Below the pieces are notes generated by a model that was given only the letters and a program-made list of their open reading frames with translations, ran no database searches and was not told the DNA's origin. The position numbers and the translations under genes are program-made. From Gemmatimonadales bacterium (lineage in GTDB: Bacteria; Gemmatimonadota; Gemmatimonadetes; Gemmatimonadales; GWC2-71-9), in NCBI GenBank assembly GCA_050733035.1, contig JBOHSJ010000288.1, positions 1 through 50,249 of the forward strand: a DNA stretch of 50,249 nucleotides, in the 5' to 3' direction. Below are positions 39,602-48,843 of this stretch, one piece after another (position 1 is the first letter of the stretch; the number at the start of each line of letters is the position of its first letter).

Positions 39602-40768
39602 TTACCGCGGTGCTGAGGGGCCTGACGAGGTGTCGGGCGCGACGTGGATCACCAGCGTATCAGCGAATGACCCACTCGTCGCGACAATGCGTCCGGTGCC
39701 CACGATTTTGGATGTCACGCGCGCCACCCGCGTGCTGTCCAAGTAGCTGGCGAGTCCCAATACGGTCGTGTCGAGGTTCTGCCAGGCTACGAGCGCATCG
39801 GGATCCTGTTGATGCTGCGCGTTCACGACGAACGCTTCGAGCCGGTTGGTGCGACCCACGAGCATCGAGCTGGCGCCCTGGATGAGAATCGAGCCGTTGA
39901 ATGCCGATAGAGTCACGTGATGCACCGTCTCAACGCCCTGATTCACCGCCACGTTCGAATCGAGCGCGGCTCGAAGGCTGCTCGACGCCGGTCCATCTAC
40001 GCCGACGATGTATGTCCCCGGCAAGAGATACGCGAGCCGATAATGTCCCACGGCGTCCGTCACACCGGTCGAATAGATGTACCAGTTCCCGGGACCGCCG
40101 CCCCACGCGCTGACGGTGGCGTTCTTCACCGGGCCGGGCGTGCCGCCGCCGCTCGTGTCGCGCAGCACGGTGCCGGCAATGCCACCCGTCGCCGCCCGGT
40201 TCACCGCGCGGATCCACGGGAGGAAGTTGAATCCGCCGTCACCCAGATCGTTGTAATGGAAGCTGCGGCCGACATCGAAGTCGATGACGATGTCGGCGCC
40301 CTGCGCGGGCACATCAACCGCCGCTTCCACGAACGCGTGAATCGCCTGCCGGCCGGAGCCACCCCAGTGCACCAGCGCGGCCGAGCTGTCCTTGAAGCGG
40401 ATTCCGGATGAGTCGCCATCGAGGATCAGGCGAACCGCTCGGTACTGCCCGGCCGGAACCTCACCGGAGCCGAGCAGCGCCGTGTCGCCCTGTTGCAGCT
40501 CCAGCAGGTTGATTTGGCGGTGCGGCTCGGTGACGGTCACCCAGGACATACTGTCGGCGGAACCGCCGGTGTCCGGCTGGGTCGAAACAGCAACGCTGAT
40601 AACGTAGACATCCACGCTCAGCACCGTATCGAAGGGGAATGGCGCGTCGGTAATGAGCACCTTGGCCATCGGTTTGCCGCCCTGGGTGGCCGGCCCGCTG
40701 GCATCGTCCTGATAGCAGGCGACCGCCATGCTGGCGACGGCAAGCAGGGCCAGATTCAGTCTCGACAT
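39602..40768 (-). CDS. Lipoprotein with DUF4382-like N-terminal domain and carboxypeptidase-regulatory-like (Ig/prealbumin fold) domain
   Basis: The start is trimmed to ATG 40768, preceded by GGAGAGGA. Lipobox signal LLAVASMAVAC. GQYRAVRLIL and IDFDVGRSF are typical of DUF4382. GTVLRD...GHYRLAYLLPGTYIV is CarboxypepD_reg-like. Confidence 0.65.
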   Translation of the reverse strand: MSRLNLALLAVASMAVACYQDDASGPATQGGKPMAKVLITDAPFPFDTVLSVDVYVISVAVSTQPDTGGSADSMSWVTVTEPHRQINLLELQQGDTALLGSGEVPAGQYRAVRLILDGDSSGIRFKDSSAALVHWGGSGRQAIHAFVEAAVDVPAQGADIVIDFDVGRSFHYNDLGDGGFNFLPWIRAVNRAATGGIAGTVLRDTSGGGTPGPVKNATVSAWGGGPGNWYIYSTGVTDAVGHYRLAYLLPGTYIVGVDGPASSSLRAALDSNVAVNQGVETVHHVTLSAFNGSILIQGASSMLVGRTNRLEAFVVNAQHQQDPDALVAWQNLDTTVLGLASYLDSTRVARVTSKIVGTGRIVATSGSFADTLVIHVAPDTSSGPSAPR

Positions 40769-40890
40769 CGTCAAATTCCTCTCCAGGGTGTTGCAGCGGG
40801 CCGGTCTCTCGCATTGAATACCCATGTGGCCACGCGCGGCGTCACTCGACTCTCCAGCAATTTGCAACTTGTGACTTGGCGTCTTGATCA

Positions 40891-41448
40891 ATGGGTATAG
40901 GCTCAGTGGAACCAAGCGACGCAGAGCTGGTGCGCCGGGTCCGGACCGGCGACATCGGCGCGTACGGCGCGCTCGTCGCGCGCTATCGTGATCGCTTGGG
41001 CCGGTACGCCGTGCACATGATCGGCGACCGTGAAGACGCCGAAGAAGCCCTGCAGGACAGCTTCGTGCGCGCCTACCGTTCGCTCGAGCGTTGCGACGAT
41101 CCCGCGCGTTTCGGGGCCTGGCTGTACGGCATCCTGGTGAACCGCTGCCGCACCACCGGAGCGCGAGCAGCGCGCCGCCGCCGGATGTTCGTGAACGACG
41201 CCGTCGCGTTGAGCGGAGCCGCGCATCCCGAGCCGATCGAGCGGCTGGAGTGGACTGATGCCGTGGAGCGCGCGCTGGCGCGGCTCGCGCCGGAGTATCG
41301 CGAGGCCTTTCTCCTCAAACACGTCGAGGATCTCGAGTACGAGGAGATGGCCAAGCTGACGGGCGCCGGCGTTTCGGCGCTCAAGATGCGCGTGAAGCGG
41401 GCGCGCGAGCAGCTACAGAAGTTTTTGAGAGAGGCGGAGCATGTTTGA
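40891..41448 (+). CDS. ECF-type RNA polymerase sigma-70 family factor
   Basis: 185 aa. Region 2 (YRDRLGRYAVHMIGDREDAEEALQDSFVRAY, WLYGILVN) and region 4 (YREAFLLKHVEDLEYEEMAKLTGAGVSALKMRVKRAR). Confidence 0.85.
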   Translation: MGIGSVEPSDAELVRRVRTGDIGAYGALVARYRDRLGRYAVHMIGDREDAEEALQDSFVRAYRSLERCDDPARFGAWLYGILVNRCRTTGARAARRRRMFVNDAVALSGAAHPEPIERLEWTDAVERALARLAPEYREAFLLKHVEDLEYEEMAKLTGAGVSALKMRVKRAREQLQKFLREAEHV

Positions 41449-41938
41449 GCACGAAGACGACATCGTTGAACGCATGATCCGGCAGCTGCGCCGGCCGGTG
41501 TCGATCGACCCCGCGTTGGATGCGCGGGTGAGGCAGGAGATCGCGGACGACGCACGGCCCCCAGCGCCGGCGCGGCACCCGCTACTACGCTCGTTGCCCT
41601 GGCTCGCCGCCGCCGCGGTGCTCGCCGGCGTTGTCGTCGCGCGGCCCTGGACGCGCGGCGGGAACCGAGCTGACGCTTTCCAGTTCGTGCTGGTCGCGCC
41701 CCAGGCGGCCTCCGTGTCGCTCGTGGGGGATTTCAACGACTGGGATCCCGCGCGCTCCCCCATGCAGACCGCCCAGGGTGTATGGGCCACGGTCGTGCAG
41801 CTCACACCAGGTCGTTATCGCTACGCGTTTCTCGTGAACGGCGTCGAATGGCGTGCCGATCCGAGCGCACCCCGCGCGATGGACGATGAGTTCGGGACGC
41901 CGAGCTCGGTCGTCACCGTAGGAGGACGAGGCTCATGA
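41441..41938 (+). CDS. Putative single-pass anti-sigma factor with extracytoplasmic CBM48 / AMPK-beta glycogen-binding-like domain
   Basis: 8-nt overlap with the sigma gene. One TM (LPWLAAAAVLAGVVVA). LVGDFNDWDP...GVWATVVQLTPGRYRYAFLVNGVEWRADP. Confidence 0.6.
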   Translation: MFEHEDDIVERMIRQLRRPVSIDPALDARVRQEIADDARPPAPARHPLLRSLPWLAAAAVLAGVVVARPWTRGGNRADAFQFVLVAPQAASVSLVGDFNDWDPARSPMQTAQGVWATVVQLTPGRYRYAFLVNGVEWRADPSAPRAMDDEFGTPSSVVTVGGRGS

Positions 41939-42552
41939 TGCTAACCGCGCTACTCATCGTCGCGCAGGTCGCGGCGCAGGATCCACGCCTCGAGCGACTC
42001 GATCCGGAAACGCGCTCGCTCGTGGTGGCCGTCGTGGATTCTGCGCGTGCGGCCGGACTTCCCAGTGAGCCGCTCGTGCAGCGGGCGCTGGAGGGTGCGA
42101 CCAAGGGCGCGCCGGGGACGCGGATCATCGCCGCCGTCAGACGACTGACCGTGGATCTCGGCGTCGCCCGCACAGCCCTGGGCGGGCGAGCATCAGCTCC
42201 TGAGCTTGAGGCGGCGGTCGCGGCGCTGCGGGCGGGCGCGGCGCCGCAGCTTCTGACCAAGCTGCGCGACGTGCGGCGACCCCCGCTGACGATGGCTCTT
42301 TCTGTGCTCGCCGACCTCGTCGCGAGCGGCGTCCCCGCCGATTCGGCCTCGGCCGCTGTGCTCGCGCTCGCACCGAACGCTCACGACGCCGACCTGGCCG
42401 AGTTCCGTCGCGCCGTCGAGCGCGACATCTCGCTGGGCGTCCCTCCAGGCGTTGCTGCCGCCGTGGGCGCGCTCAACACCGGACCTCGCACCGACGCGTT
42501 TAATGGCGCGACCGGCGGGCAGCCGCCCGCCCGGCCTCCTCGCCGGCCGTAA
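41935..42552 (+). CDS. Hypothetical secreted Ala-rich helical protein
   Basis: ATGA overlap with the upstream stop. N-terminal signal-like MMLTALLIVAQVAAQ. No family recognised. Confidence 0.5.
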   Translation: MMLTALLIVAQVAAQDPRLERLDPETRSLVVAVVDSARAAGLPSEPLVQRALEGATKGAPGTRIIAAVRRLTVDLGVARTALGGRASAPELEAAVAALRAGAAPQLLTKLRDVRRPPLTMALSVLADLVASGVPADSASAAVLALAPNAHDADLAEFRRAVERDISLGVPPGVAAAVGALNTGPRTDAFNGATGGQPPARPPRRP

Positions 42553-42564
42553 TCGGTCGCTCTC

Positions 42565-43710
42565 GTGAAGATGCTCGCACTCATTGGACTAGCGAGCGGA
42601 GCCTGCGTTCACGCGGTACAGGGTCAAGTGACGCCGATGCTCGAGGCGGGCATTTCCGCGGTCAAGTACGACGGCTTCCTTCTTTCCGGCGCCGCATCGC
42701 TGACACCGAGCGTACGCTGGGAGCACCCGCGCGGTCGCGGCTTTGTCGGCGCCCGCGGCACCTACCTCAGATTCGAGAGCGGCAACCGCAGCCTCGATAT
42801 TTCGACGAGTGGATCGTGGGTCACACCGCTCACGCGGCATTGGCGGGGTGAGCTTGGCCTGGCGGCGGGCGCGAGCGACTACGCGAACATCATCCGTTTT
42901 GGCCACGGCGTCGCCGAAGCACGGATTCACGTGGTCGGGACAGGACGGGGCGGATGGATCAGCGCGACGGTCGGCCGCGCCTCATTCGGCACGGGGACTC
43001 GGCCCGTCAGCGTCGTGGCGATGGGAGTTTGGCTGCTCCGAACCGATCTCACGATGTTTGCTTCTCTGGACCGGTCGTTCATCGGTGACACCGCGTACAG
43101 CGATGTCCGCTCCTCCGCCCGCTTGGTACGCGCGGGACTGCAGTTCGAGGGGACGCTGGGCGCGCGCGTACTGAGTCGGGGTGGCGGCCGGGGGGTGTAT
43201 GGGGAAGCAACGACCACCCTCCCACTCGGAACGCGAACTGCGTTCGTCCTATCGGCGGGAGCATATCCCACTGATGTGGTCAGCGGCAGCCTTGCCGCCC
43301 GCTACGTCACGCTGGGATTGCGACTCGGCGCAATCGGCCCGCGCCGACAGGTGACACACGCGTTCCCAGGTCAGGCTTATACGCTCAGTGGAGCGAATGG
43401 CTCGGCGATCGATCCGCCCGCCGACGCGCGTCTCGAAATTGAGTTGGGCGTAAACGACGCGGTGCGGCTCACGGTGTACGCCCCAGGGGCCATGGCCGTC
43501 GAGATCAGCGGCGACTTCACCGACTGGCAGCCCGTGCCGCTGAGCCGCAAGCCGACGAACGGTGATGCATGGGAAGCGAGTTTCCGCATCTCCCGCGGCA
43601 TTCACCGCATCAACGTGCGTCGCGATGGTGGCAGGTGGATGGCCCCGGCCGGTACGACGCGAAGCGCCGACGACTACGATGGAGAGGTCGGCATCTTCCT
43701 CTTGCCCTAG
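42565..43710 (+). CDS. Hypothetical secreted protein: beta-rich N-terminal region plus C-terminal CBM48-like domain
   Basis: GTG 42565, or ATG 42571. Signal MLALIGLASGACVHAVQG. The Gly/aromatic-rich body is possibly a beta-barrel. The C-terminus has VYAPGAMAVEISGDFTDWQPVPL...GIHRINVRRDGGRWMAP. Confidence 0.6.
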   Translation: MKMLALIGLASGACVHAVQGQVTPMLEAGISAVKYDGFLLSGAASLTPSVRWEHPRGRGFVGARGTYLRFESGNRSLDISTSGSWVTPLTRHWRGELGLAAGASDYANIIRFGHGVAEARIHVVGTGRGGWISATVGRASFGTGTRPVSVVAMGVWLLRTDLTMFASLDRSFIGDTAYSDVRSSARLVRAGLQFEGTLGARVLSRGGGRGVYGEATTTLPLGTRTAFVLSAGAYPTDVVSGSLAARYVTLGLRLGAIGPRRQVTHAFPGQAYTLSGANGSAIDPPADARLEIELGVNDAVRLTVYAPGAMAVEISGDFTDWQPVPLSRKPTNGDAWEASFRISRGIHRINVRRDGGRWMAPAGTTRSADDYDGEVGIFLLP

Positions 43711-44915
43711 CGCGCGCCTCCCGCCAGTTGCAGCGCTTCCGGCCGACGACGTAAGGCCAACATCGCCCAGACACCGAACGCCGGTCCGATCGCCAAGACA
43801 CTCATGCTCCAGCGCCATCCGATCGCGCCGGCGGCCAGTGGCAGCACGTAGATCGTCAAACAGGTCAGCAGGAAGCCGAGACTGGTCTGTAGGGTCAGCG
43901 CCGTACCCACGTAATCGCGCGGCGCCAGCTCGCTGACGGCAGCGGAGAACTGCGCAGAGTCGGCGACGACGGCGATCCCCCAGACGAGCAGCAACGGAAT
44001 CAGCGCGATCAGCGATCCTCCAAAGAAGAAGCCGACAGCAATCGCGCAGCTTCCCGACACCACCATCGCAGCGCTGGTCACGAGCGTGCGGCCCCAGCGG
44101 TCTGCATACCGGCCGCCGAGCCAGCAACCGATCGCGCCGCTGCCCACCACGGCGAACGTCACGAGCGCCGCGAGCGCCGTGACATCGGCATCCGGACCTC
44201 GGCGCGTATGCTCGCTGGCAGTCACGAAAACCGCCATCCAGGTCCACATCGCGTACAGCTCCCACATGTGGCCGAGGTAGCCGAGGTTCGCGAGCGCGAC
44301 CGCTCGATCCTTCAGGATCCGAGGAGCGGCGGCGAGAGAGAACGGCGGCGAAGGGGCGGCGAAAGGACCATCGTTGGGCACGAGGAGCACCAGGAGCCCA
44401 CCCGCGATCACACTCACAGCGGCAACCACCAGGACCACACGCCACGCGGCCGGCGACACCGCCCAGCGCACGAGATGCGGACTCGCCGAGCCGAGCGTCA
44501 GGGCGCCGACCAGAATGCCGATCGCCAGTCCTCTTCCTTCTTTGAACCAACCCGCCGCGATCTTCATCCCCGGCGGATAGACGCCGGCGAGCGCGGCGCC
44601 CGTGAGCAAGCGGCAGGCAATGCCGACCGTGACGCCGGGCGCGGCCGCAACTCCCAGCGTCGCGGCCGCCGCGACCGCCGCCGACCCGGCAACCAGCCGG
44701 CGCGCCGAGAGCCGATCCGCGAGGGTGAGCATCGCACTCACCAGGGCGCCGACGACGAAGCCGAGTTGGACCGAGATCGTGAGCCAGGCGGTGGTGGTGG
44801 GCGAGAGCGCCCACTCGCGAGCGAGTGCTGGAGAGACGGCGGAGGCGCTGAACCACGGTGCCATCGCCAGGAGCTCCGCGACGGCCAGAATCGTCAGCAC
44901 CCGACGGGGGTTCAC
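43707..44915 (-). CDS. MFS transporter
   Basis: 402 aa, GTG start in a GTGA overlap with the Nif3 gene stop. Twelve hydrophobic segments; the loop LADRLSARR is typical of MFS. Confidence 0.8.
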   Translation of the reverse strand: MNPRRVLTILAVAELLAMAPWFSASAVSPALAREWALSPTTTAWLTISVQLGFVVGALVSAMLTLADRLSARRLVAGSAAVAAAATLGVAAAPGVTVGIACRLLTGAALAGVYPPGMKIAAGWFKEGRGLAIGILVGALTLGSASPHLVRWAVSPAAWRVVLVVAAVSVIAGGLLVLLVPNDGPFAAPSPPFSLAAAPRILKDRAVALANLGYLGHMWELYAMWTWMAVFVTASEHTRRGPDADVTALAALVTFAVVGSGAIGCWLGGRYADRWGRTLVTSAAMVVSGSCAIAVGFFFGGSLIALIPLLLVWGIAVVADSAQFSAAVSELAPRDYVGTALTLQTSLGFLLTCLTIYVLPLAAGAIGWRWSMSVLAIGPAFGVWAMLALRRRPEALQLAGGAR

Positions 44916-45667
44916 AGCCCCGTTGGATGATCCAGAAACGCCCAGGGCAAATCGAACTTCTTCGACAGATGCTCAGTCAGCGCTTTGACGCCAACCGTCT
45001 CGGTGGCGTAATGGCCGGCGTAGAAGACGTTGATGCCAAGCTCCTCGGCATCGAAGAACGTCCAGTGCTGCCCTTCCCCGGTGACGTATGTATCGAGGCC
45101 CGCGGCAGCGGCTTGCGGAATCAACGAGCCTCCCGCCCCGGAGACGATACCGATGCGCTGCACGCGCTCGGGACCGAACGGGAGCAGCCGCGGTGCGCTG
45201 CCGAGCGCCTTCGTCAGTGACCAGCTCAGCTCATCCCGCTTCCCGCTGTACTCGCCCCAGATGCCGATTGGGGCGCCGTGATACGATCCGAACTCGCCCT
45301 GCACTTTGACGCCCAGTAGCCGCGCGAGCACGCTGTTGTTGCCGACGGCGGGATGGCGGTCGAGCGGAAGGTGAGCAGCGTAGAGGGCGATGTTGGCTTT
45401 GATGAGTGCGGCCACCCGCCGATAGGCGGGACCTACCAAGGGGCGAAGGCCACCCCAAAACAATCCGTGATGGACGAGCAGACAATCGGCACGCTGGTCC
45501 GCCGCCATGCGAATGGTGGCCTCACACATGTCCACCGCGGCAACGAGCCTCGTGACGTCCCCCGAATTGCCGACCTGTAGTCCGTTCAATGCCTCCGGCG
45601 CGTCGGCGACTTCCTCGGCGACGCGGAGATAGTCATCCAGATAGCGAACCAAAGTGTCCAGGCGCAC
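44912..45667 (-). CDS. Nif3-like dinuclear metal centre protein (YbgI/GTP cyclohydrolase 1 type 2 family)
   Basis: 251 aa. NGLQVGN...LLVHHGLFWGG and the C-terminal AGHYATE motif. Confidence 0.85.
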   Translation of the reverse strand: MRLDTLVRYLDDYLRVAEEVADAPEALNGLQVGNSGDVTRLVAAVDMCEATIRMAADQRADCLLVHHGLFWGGLRPLVGPAYRRVAALIKANIALYAAHLPLDRHPAVGNNSVLARLLGVKVQGEFGSYHGAPIGIWGEYSGKRDELSWSLTKALGSAPRLLPFGPERVQRIGIVSGAGGSLIPQAAAAGLDTYVTGEGQHWTFFDAEELGINVFYAGHYATETVGVKALTEHLSKKFDLPWAFLDHPTGL

Positions 45668-45706
45668 TCAAGACACCGTAATTACAGTATCAAGGCAGTT
45701 CCGCGA

Positions 45707-45790
45707 CTTTCCACATGGCAGGCGCCTGTAAACTATGGCGTTACAATTACTTAGAGAATCCACATGAGCCCTGAGCAGTCGTGTGGATAT
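45707..45790. promoter_or_regulatory. Three DnaA-box-like 9-mers in a low-GC intergenic spacer
   Basis: CTTTCCACA (45707-45715), GAATCCACA (45756-45764) and the reverse complement of 45782-45790, ATATCCACA. They have 2, 2 and 1 mismatches to TTATCCACA, and all keep the TCCACA core. Confidence 0.3.
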
Positions 45791-46216
45791 CTATGCCCGG
45801 GCCAATGATGCCTGTCCGCCACGCTGTGTCACCTGAGGCGGCTGGCCGGCATCCTCCCCCATCCGCAGCACGCCGTTGATCTCCCCACCTTCCTGGATCA
45901 GCAGTTTCTTCGTGTGCACGTCGCCATGGACGACGCTTGTCGTCTGGAGCTCGACGCGCTCCTCGGCGTAGATCGCGCCGCGAACTTCGCCTCCGATTAT
46001 CGCTTCCCGACTCACCACGTCGCCTTCTACTTCCCCGCCCCGCGCGACCAGCACCTGTTTGGCGGCACGCACCGTGCCATTGACCGATCCTTCGATCTTC
46101 ACGACGCCATCGGCGGAGATATCGCCGACGACACGCATCCCTGCGCCAATGATCGACAGCCCGGGAACGCCTTCCCGACCGCCGCCGCTCGCGCCTTTTT
46201 CGGAAAACACTGCCAT
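45791..46216 (-). CDS. Bactofilin (polymer-forming cytoskeletal protein, DUF583)
   Basis: 141 aa. Repetitive beta-helix pattern: IIGAGMRVVGDISADGVVKIEGSVNGTV...GGEVEGDV...IGGEVRGAI...VHGDVHTKKLLIQEGGEINGVL. Confidence 0.85.
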   Translation of the reverse strand: MAVFSEKGASGGGREGVPGLSIIGAGMRVVGDISADGVVKIEGSVNGTVRAAKQVLVARGGEVEGDVVSREAIIGGEVRGAIYAEERVELQTTSVVHGDVHTKKLLIQEGGEINGVLRMGEDAGQPPQVTQRGGQASLARA

Positions 46217-47040
46217 CAGCGTCCCTCCTTCACTAGATCCAGCGGATCGACCGACTTGGCGTCGCGTCGAATCTCAAAGTGCAGGTGCGGTGCAGTGGAC
46301 CGCCCTGAGTTTCCGGACAAGCCGATCACCTGTCCTGCCTGAACTTCGTCGCCCTCGGCTGCGATCAGCCGTGACATGTGACCATACATCGTCTCATAAC
46401 CCGACGGATGCCGCAAGAGGACGAACAGACCATAGTCGGCATCGTACCCCGCGGCCGACACGGAGCCGCCTCCCGAAGCCCGCACGGGAGTCCCGAGAGG
46501 GACGGCGATATCGATGCCGGGATGGGACTCGTCAACGACGCCGGGACGCACTTGGCCCCGTGTGACGAAGCCCTGGACGTCGAGCGGCCAGTGTGACGGA
46601 ACCGACTCCCCGGTCTCAAACCGGCTTCCCGTCCCTGGGCGGGCGGCGCGTATCGGCACAGCGCGCATCGACGTCGCCAAATCGGTCGTGCGGGTAACGG
46701 TTCCGCCGCTACGCGTGACGGGAGGAGCCTTCACGCCCAGCATCTGCCGGAGCTCCTGATAGTTCGCTTCCGCGCGATTCAGCGCGGCCGCCAGCCGTTG
46801 CACGCGGCTGTTCTCGACGCGCAGCCGCGACACCTCACGCTCGAGGCCCGGCACGCGCGCCGCGCTGCGCGTGATCGGCCCGGCGAACGCAAAGAACAGG
46901 ACGACGAGCACGGCGATCGCGCCGGCGCCCCACTTCCCCGCCAGCACGGCCCATCGAGGCAGCCGGTACTGTTTGGATTCGAGATCGCCGTCGGGGTGCA
47001 CGACGATCGTGACCCCGCGGGTCCCCCTCCCCTTCGTCAT
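46216..47040 (-). CDS. M23 (LytM-type) metallopeptidase with N-terminal cytoplasmic tail, one TM and a coiled coil
   Basis: HPGIDIA, GNSGRSTAPHLHFE. TM GAGAIAVLVVLFFAFAG. Coiled coil LEREVSRLRVENSRVQRLAAALNRAEANYQEL. Confidence 0.85.
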   Translation of the reverse strand: MTKGRGTRGVTIVVHPDGDLESKQYRLPRWAVLAGKWGAGAIAVLVVLFFAFAGPITRSAARVPGLEREVSRLRVENSRVQRLAAALNRAEANYQELRQMLGVKAPPVTRSGGTVTRTTDLATSMRAVPIRAARPGTGSRFETGESVPSHWPLDVQGFVTRGQVRPGVVDESHPGIDIAVPLGTPVRASGGGSVSAAGYDADYGLFVLLRHPSGYETMYGHMSRLIAAEGDEVQAGQVIGLSGNSGRSTAPHLHFEIRRDAKSVDPLDLVKEGR

Positions 47041-47930
47041 CCGTCGAAGGGCTCCCCGAGGATCAGCTCGAGCAGCCGTGCGAGATCGTCGTTCGAATAA
47101 AACGCGACATGGATCTGCCCTTTGCCTTTGGCGCGGAGCGTGACCCGGACGTCGGTGCCGAGCCGCCGGCGCAGCGCGTCTTCGACGCGACGAACTTCAG
47201 GAGCGGCTCCGACGCCGCGCTTCATGCGCGGGCGGCGCTCGGGGGCGCGACCGCCGCGCACCCGGTCCTCGACCTCGCGCACCGACAGTCCCTGCGCCAC
47301 CGCTTCGCGCGCCAGGTTGGTCACGATGCGTGGATCCTCGAGTGCCAGCAACGCGCGCGCGTGTCCCACGGAAAGGTGGCCCTCGTGCAACATCTGCAGG
47401 ACGACCTCCGGCAGCTTGAGCAGCCGGAGCGCGTTGGCGACGGTGGACCGATCGCGACCGACCGCATCGGCGACGTCCTGTTGCGCGAGCTTGAATTCCG
47501 CGATCAGCCGCTCGTAGCCGCGGGCCTCATCGACGGGCGACAGATCGTCGCGCTGCAGGTTCTCGATCAGCGCGAGCGTGAGCAGCGTGCGGTCGTCCGC
47601 TTCGCGCTGTACCGCCGGAATGCGCTCCCACCCGAGTTGCTGACAAGCGCGCAGCCGGCGCTCGCCAGCGATCAGCTCGAATGCTCCGTTTCCGCCCGGT
47701 GCTTTGCGAACCACGATCGGCTGCAGCAGCCCCGCCTGTTTGATCGAGGAAACGAGCTCCTCGAGGGCGGCGGGATCGACCGTCTTGCGCGGCTGGAACG
47801 GGTTGGGCCGGATGTCCTGGATCGGCAGCTGGACCAGGCTCCCCTCCCGTTCGGCCTCCTCCCGAGTCGGCCCGAGGAGCGCCTCGAGACCACGGCCCAG
47901 GCGGCGTCTTCCAGCAGCGGTTTCCGTCAT
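47037..47930 (-). CDS. parB: Chromosome partitioning protein ParB (Spo0J)
   Basis: [30 protein letters not shown], and the HTH region [20 protein letters not shown]. Confidence 0.9.
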   Translation of the reverse strand: MTETAAGRRRLGRGLEALLGPTREEAEREGSLVQLPIQDIRPNPFQPRKTVDPAALEELVSSIKQAGLLQPIVVRKAPGGNGAFELIAGERRLRACQQLGWERIPAVQREADDRTLLTLALIENLQRDDLSPVDEARGYERLIAEFKLAQQDVADAVGRDRSTVANALRLLKLPEVVLQMLHEGHLSVGHARALLALEDPRIVTNLAREAVAQGLSVREVEDRVRGGRAPERRPRMKRGVGAAPEVRRVEDALRRRLGTDVRVTLRAKGKGQIHVAFYSNDDLARLLELILGEPFDG

Positions 47931-48754
47931 GCGGACACCTCCGGCTGCGGTTCAATTGCGGGGAGGTTTGGCGAGGGTGGTACGCCTTGCTCGACCCGGC
48001 GGATCAGCTCTTGGGCGACCGCCAGGTAACTCTTCGCTCCGACAGACTGCACGTCGTACAGTACGATTGGCTTGCCGAAGCTCGGCGCCTCCGCCAGTCG
48101 GACGTTGCGTGGAATCGTGACATCGAACATGCGGCCGCCGAAGTACTCTTTGGCTTCTTCGGCAACTTGCTTGCAGAGATTGAGGCGCGCGTCGTACATC
48201 GTCAGGAGCACGCCTTCGATCGCGAGCGCCGGGTTGAAATTGCGCTGCACGAGCTTCACGGTGTTGAGGAGCTGCGAAAGCCCTTCGAGCGCGTAGTACT
48301 CGCACTGAATCGGAATGATGACGCTGTCGGCGGCGGTGAGCATGTTGAGCGTCAGCAAGCCGAGCGACGGCGGGCAATCGATAATCACGTAGCCGTAGTC
48401 GCCGCGCACATCCTGCAGCGCGTCACGCATGCGTGTTTCGCGCGAGCGCTGGTTCACCAACTCGAGCTCGGCACCGACCAGATCCTGTGTCGCGGGGACG
48501 ACGTCGAGATACGGGAAGTGGACGTGCGGGAATCGCGACTGCGCCAATGCGGCGCCATCGATGAGCGCGTCGTAGAGCGATTTGCGAATGCGATCGCGCT
48601 CGATTCCGACACCGCTCGTCGAGTTACCCTGCGGGTCCCCGTCGATGAGCAGGGTCTTGCGTTCAGCCGCCGCGAGGGACGCCGCGAGGTTCACGGCGGT
48701 CGTCGTTTTCCCGACGCCGCCTTTCTGGTTGGCGATAGCGATTACACGTGACAT
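47927..48754 (-). CDS. parA: Chromosome partitioning ATPase ParA (Soj)
   Basis: Deviant Walker [29 protein letters not shown]. Confidence 0.9.
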   Translation of the reverse strand: MSRVIAIANQKGGVGKTTTAVNLAASLAAAERKTLLIDGDPQGNSTSGVGIERDRIRKSLYDALIDGAALAQSRFPHVHFPYLDVVPATQDLVGAELELVNQRSRETRMRDALQDVRGDYGYVIIDCPPSLGLLTLNMLTAADSVIIPIQCEYYALEGLSQLLNTVKLVQRNFNPALAIEGVLLTMYDARLNLCKQVAEEAKEYFGGRMFDVTIPRNVRLAEAPSFGKPIVLYDVQSVGAKSYLAVAQELIRRVEQGVPPSPNLPAIEPQPEVSA

Positions 48755-48817
48755 TATAAATCGTTTAGTGATAAGTAGTTATATCGATCGTGATTTGATG
48801 TGCGTTCAATATACGGT

Positions 48818-48833
48818 CGTTTCACGTGAAACG
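48818..48833. promoter_or_regulatory. parS: parS centromere site 1
   Basis: CGTTTCACGTGAAACG is a perfect 16-bp palindrome. Its central 14 bp equal the canonical parS core GTTTCACGTGAAAC. Confidence 0.8.
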
Positions 48834-48843
48834 AAAGAGCGTA

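Noticed and set aside
40769-40890. ECF-type autoregulatory promoter (GGAAC-N16/17-CGTC-like) upstream of the sigma gene, considered at GCAACTT...CGTCTT.
   Set aside because: The AAC-to-CGTC spacing is only about 11 nt, too short for a canonical ECF promoter. I cannot support a specific promoter call without TSS data.
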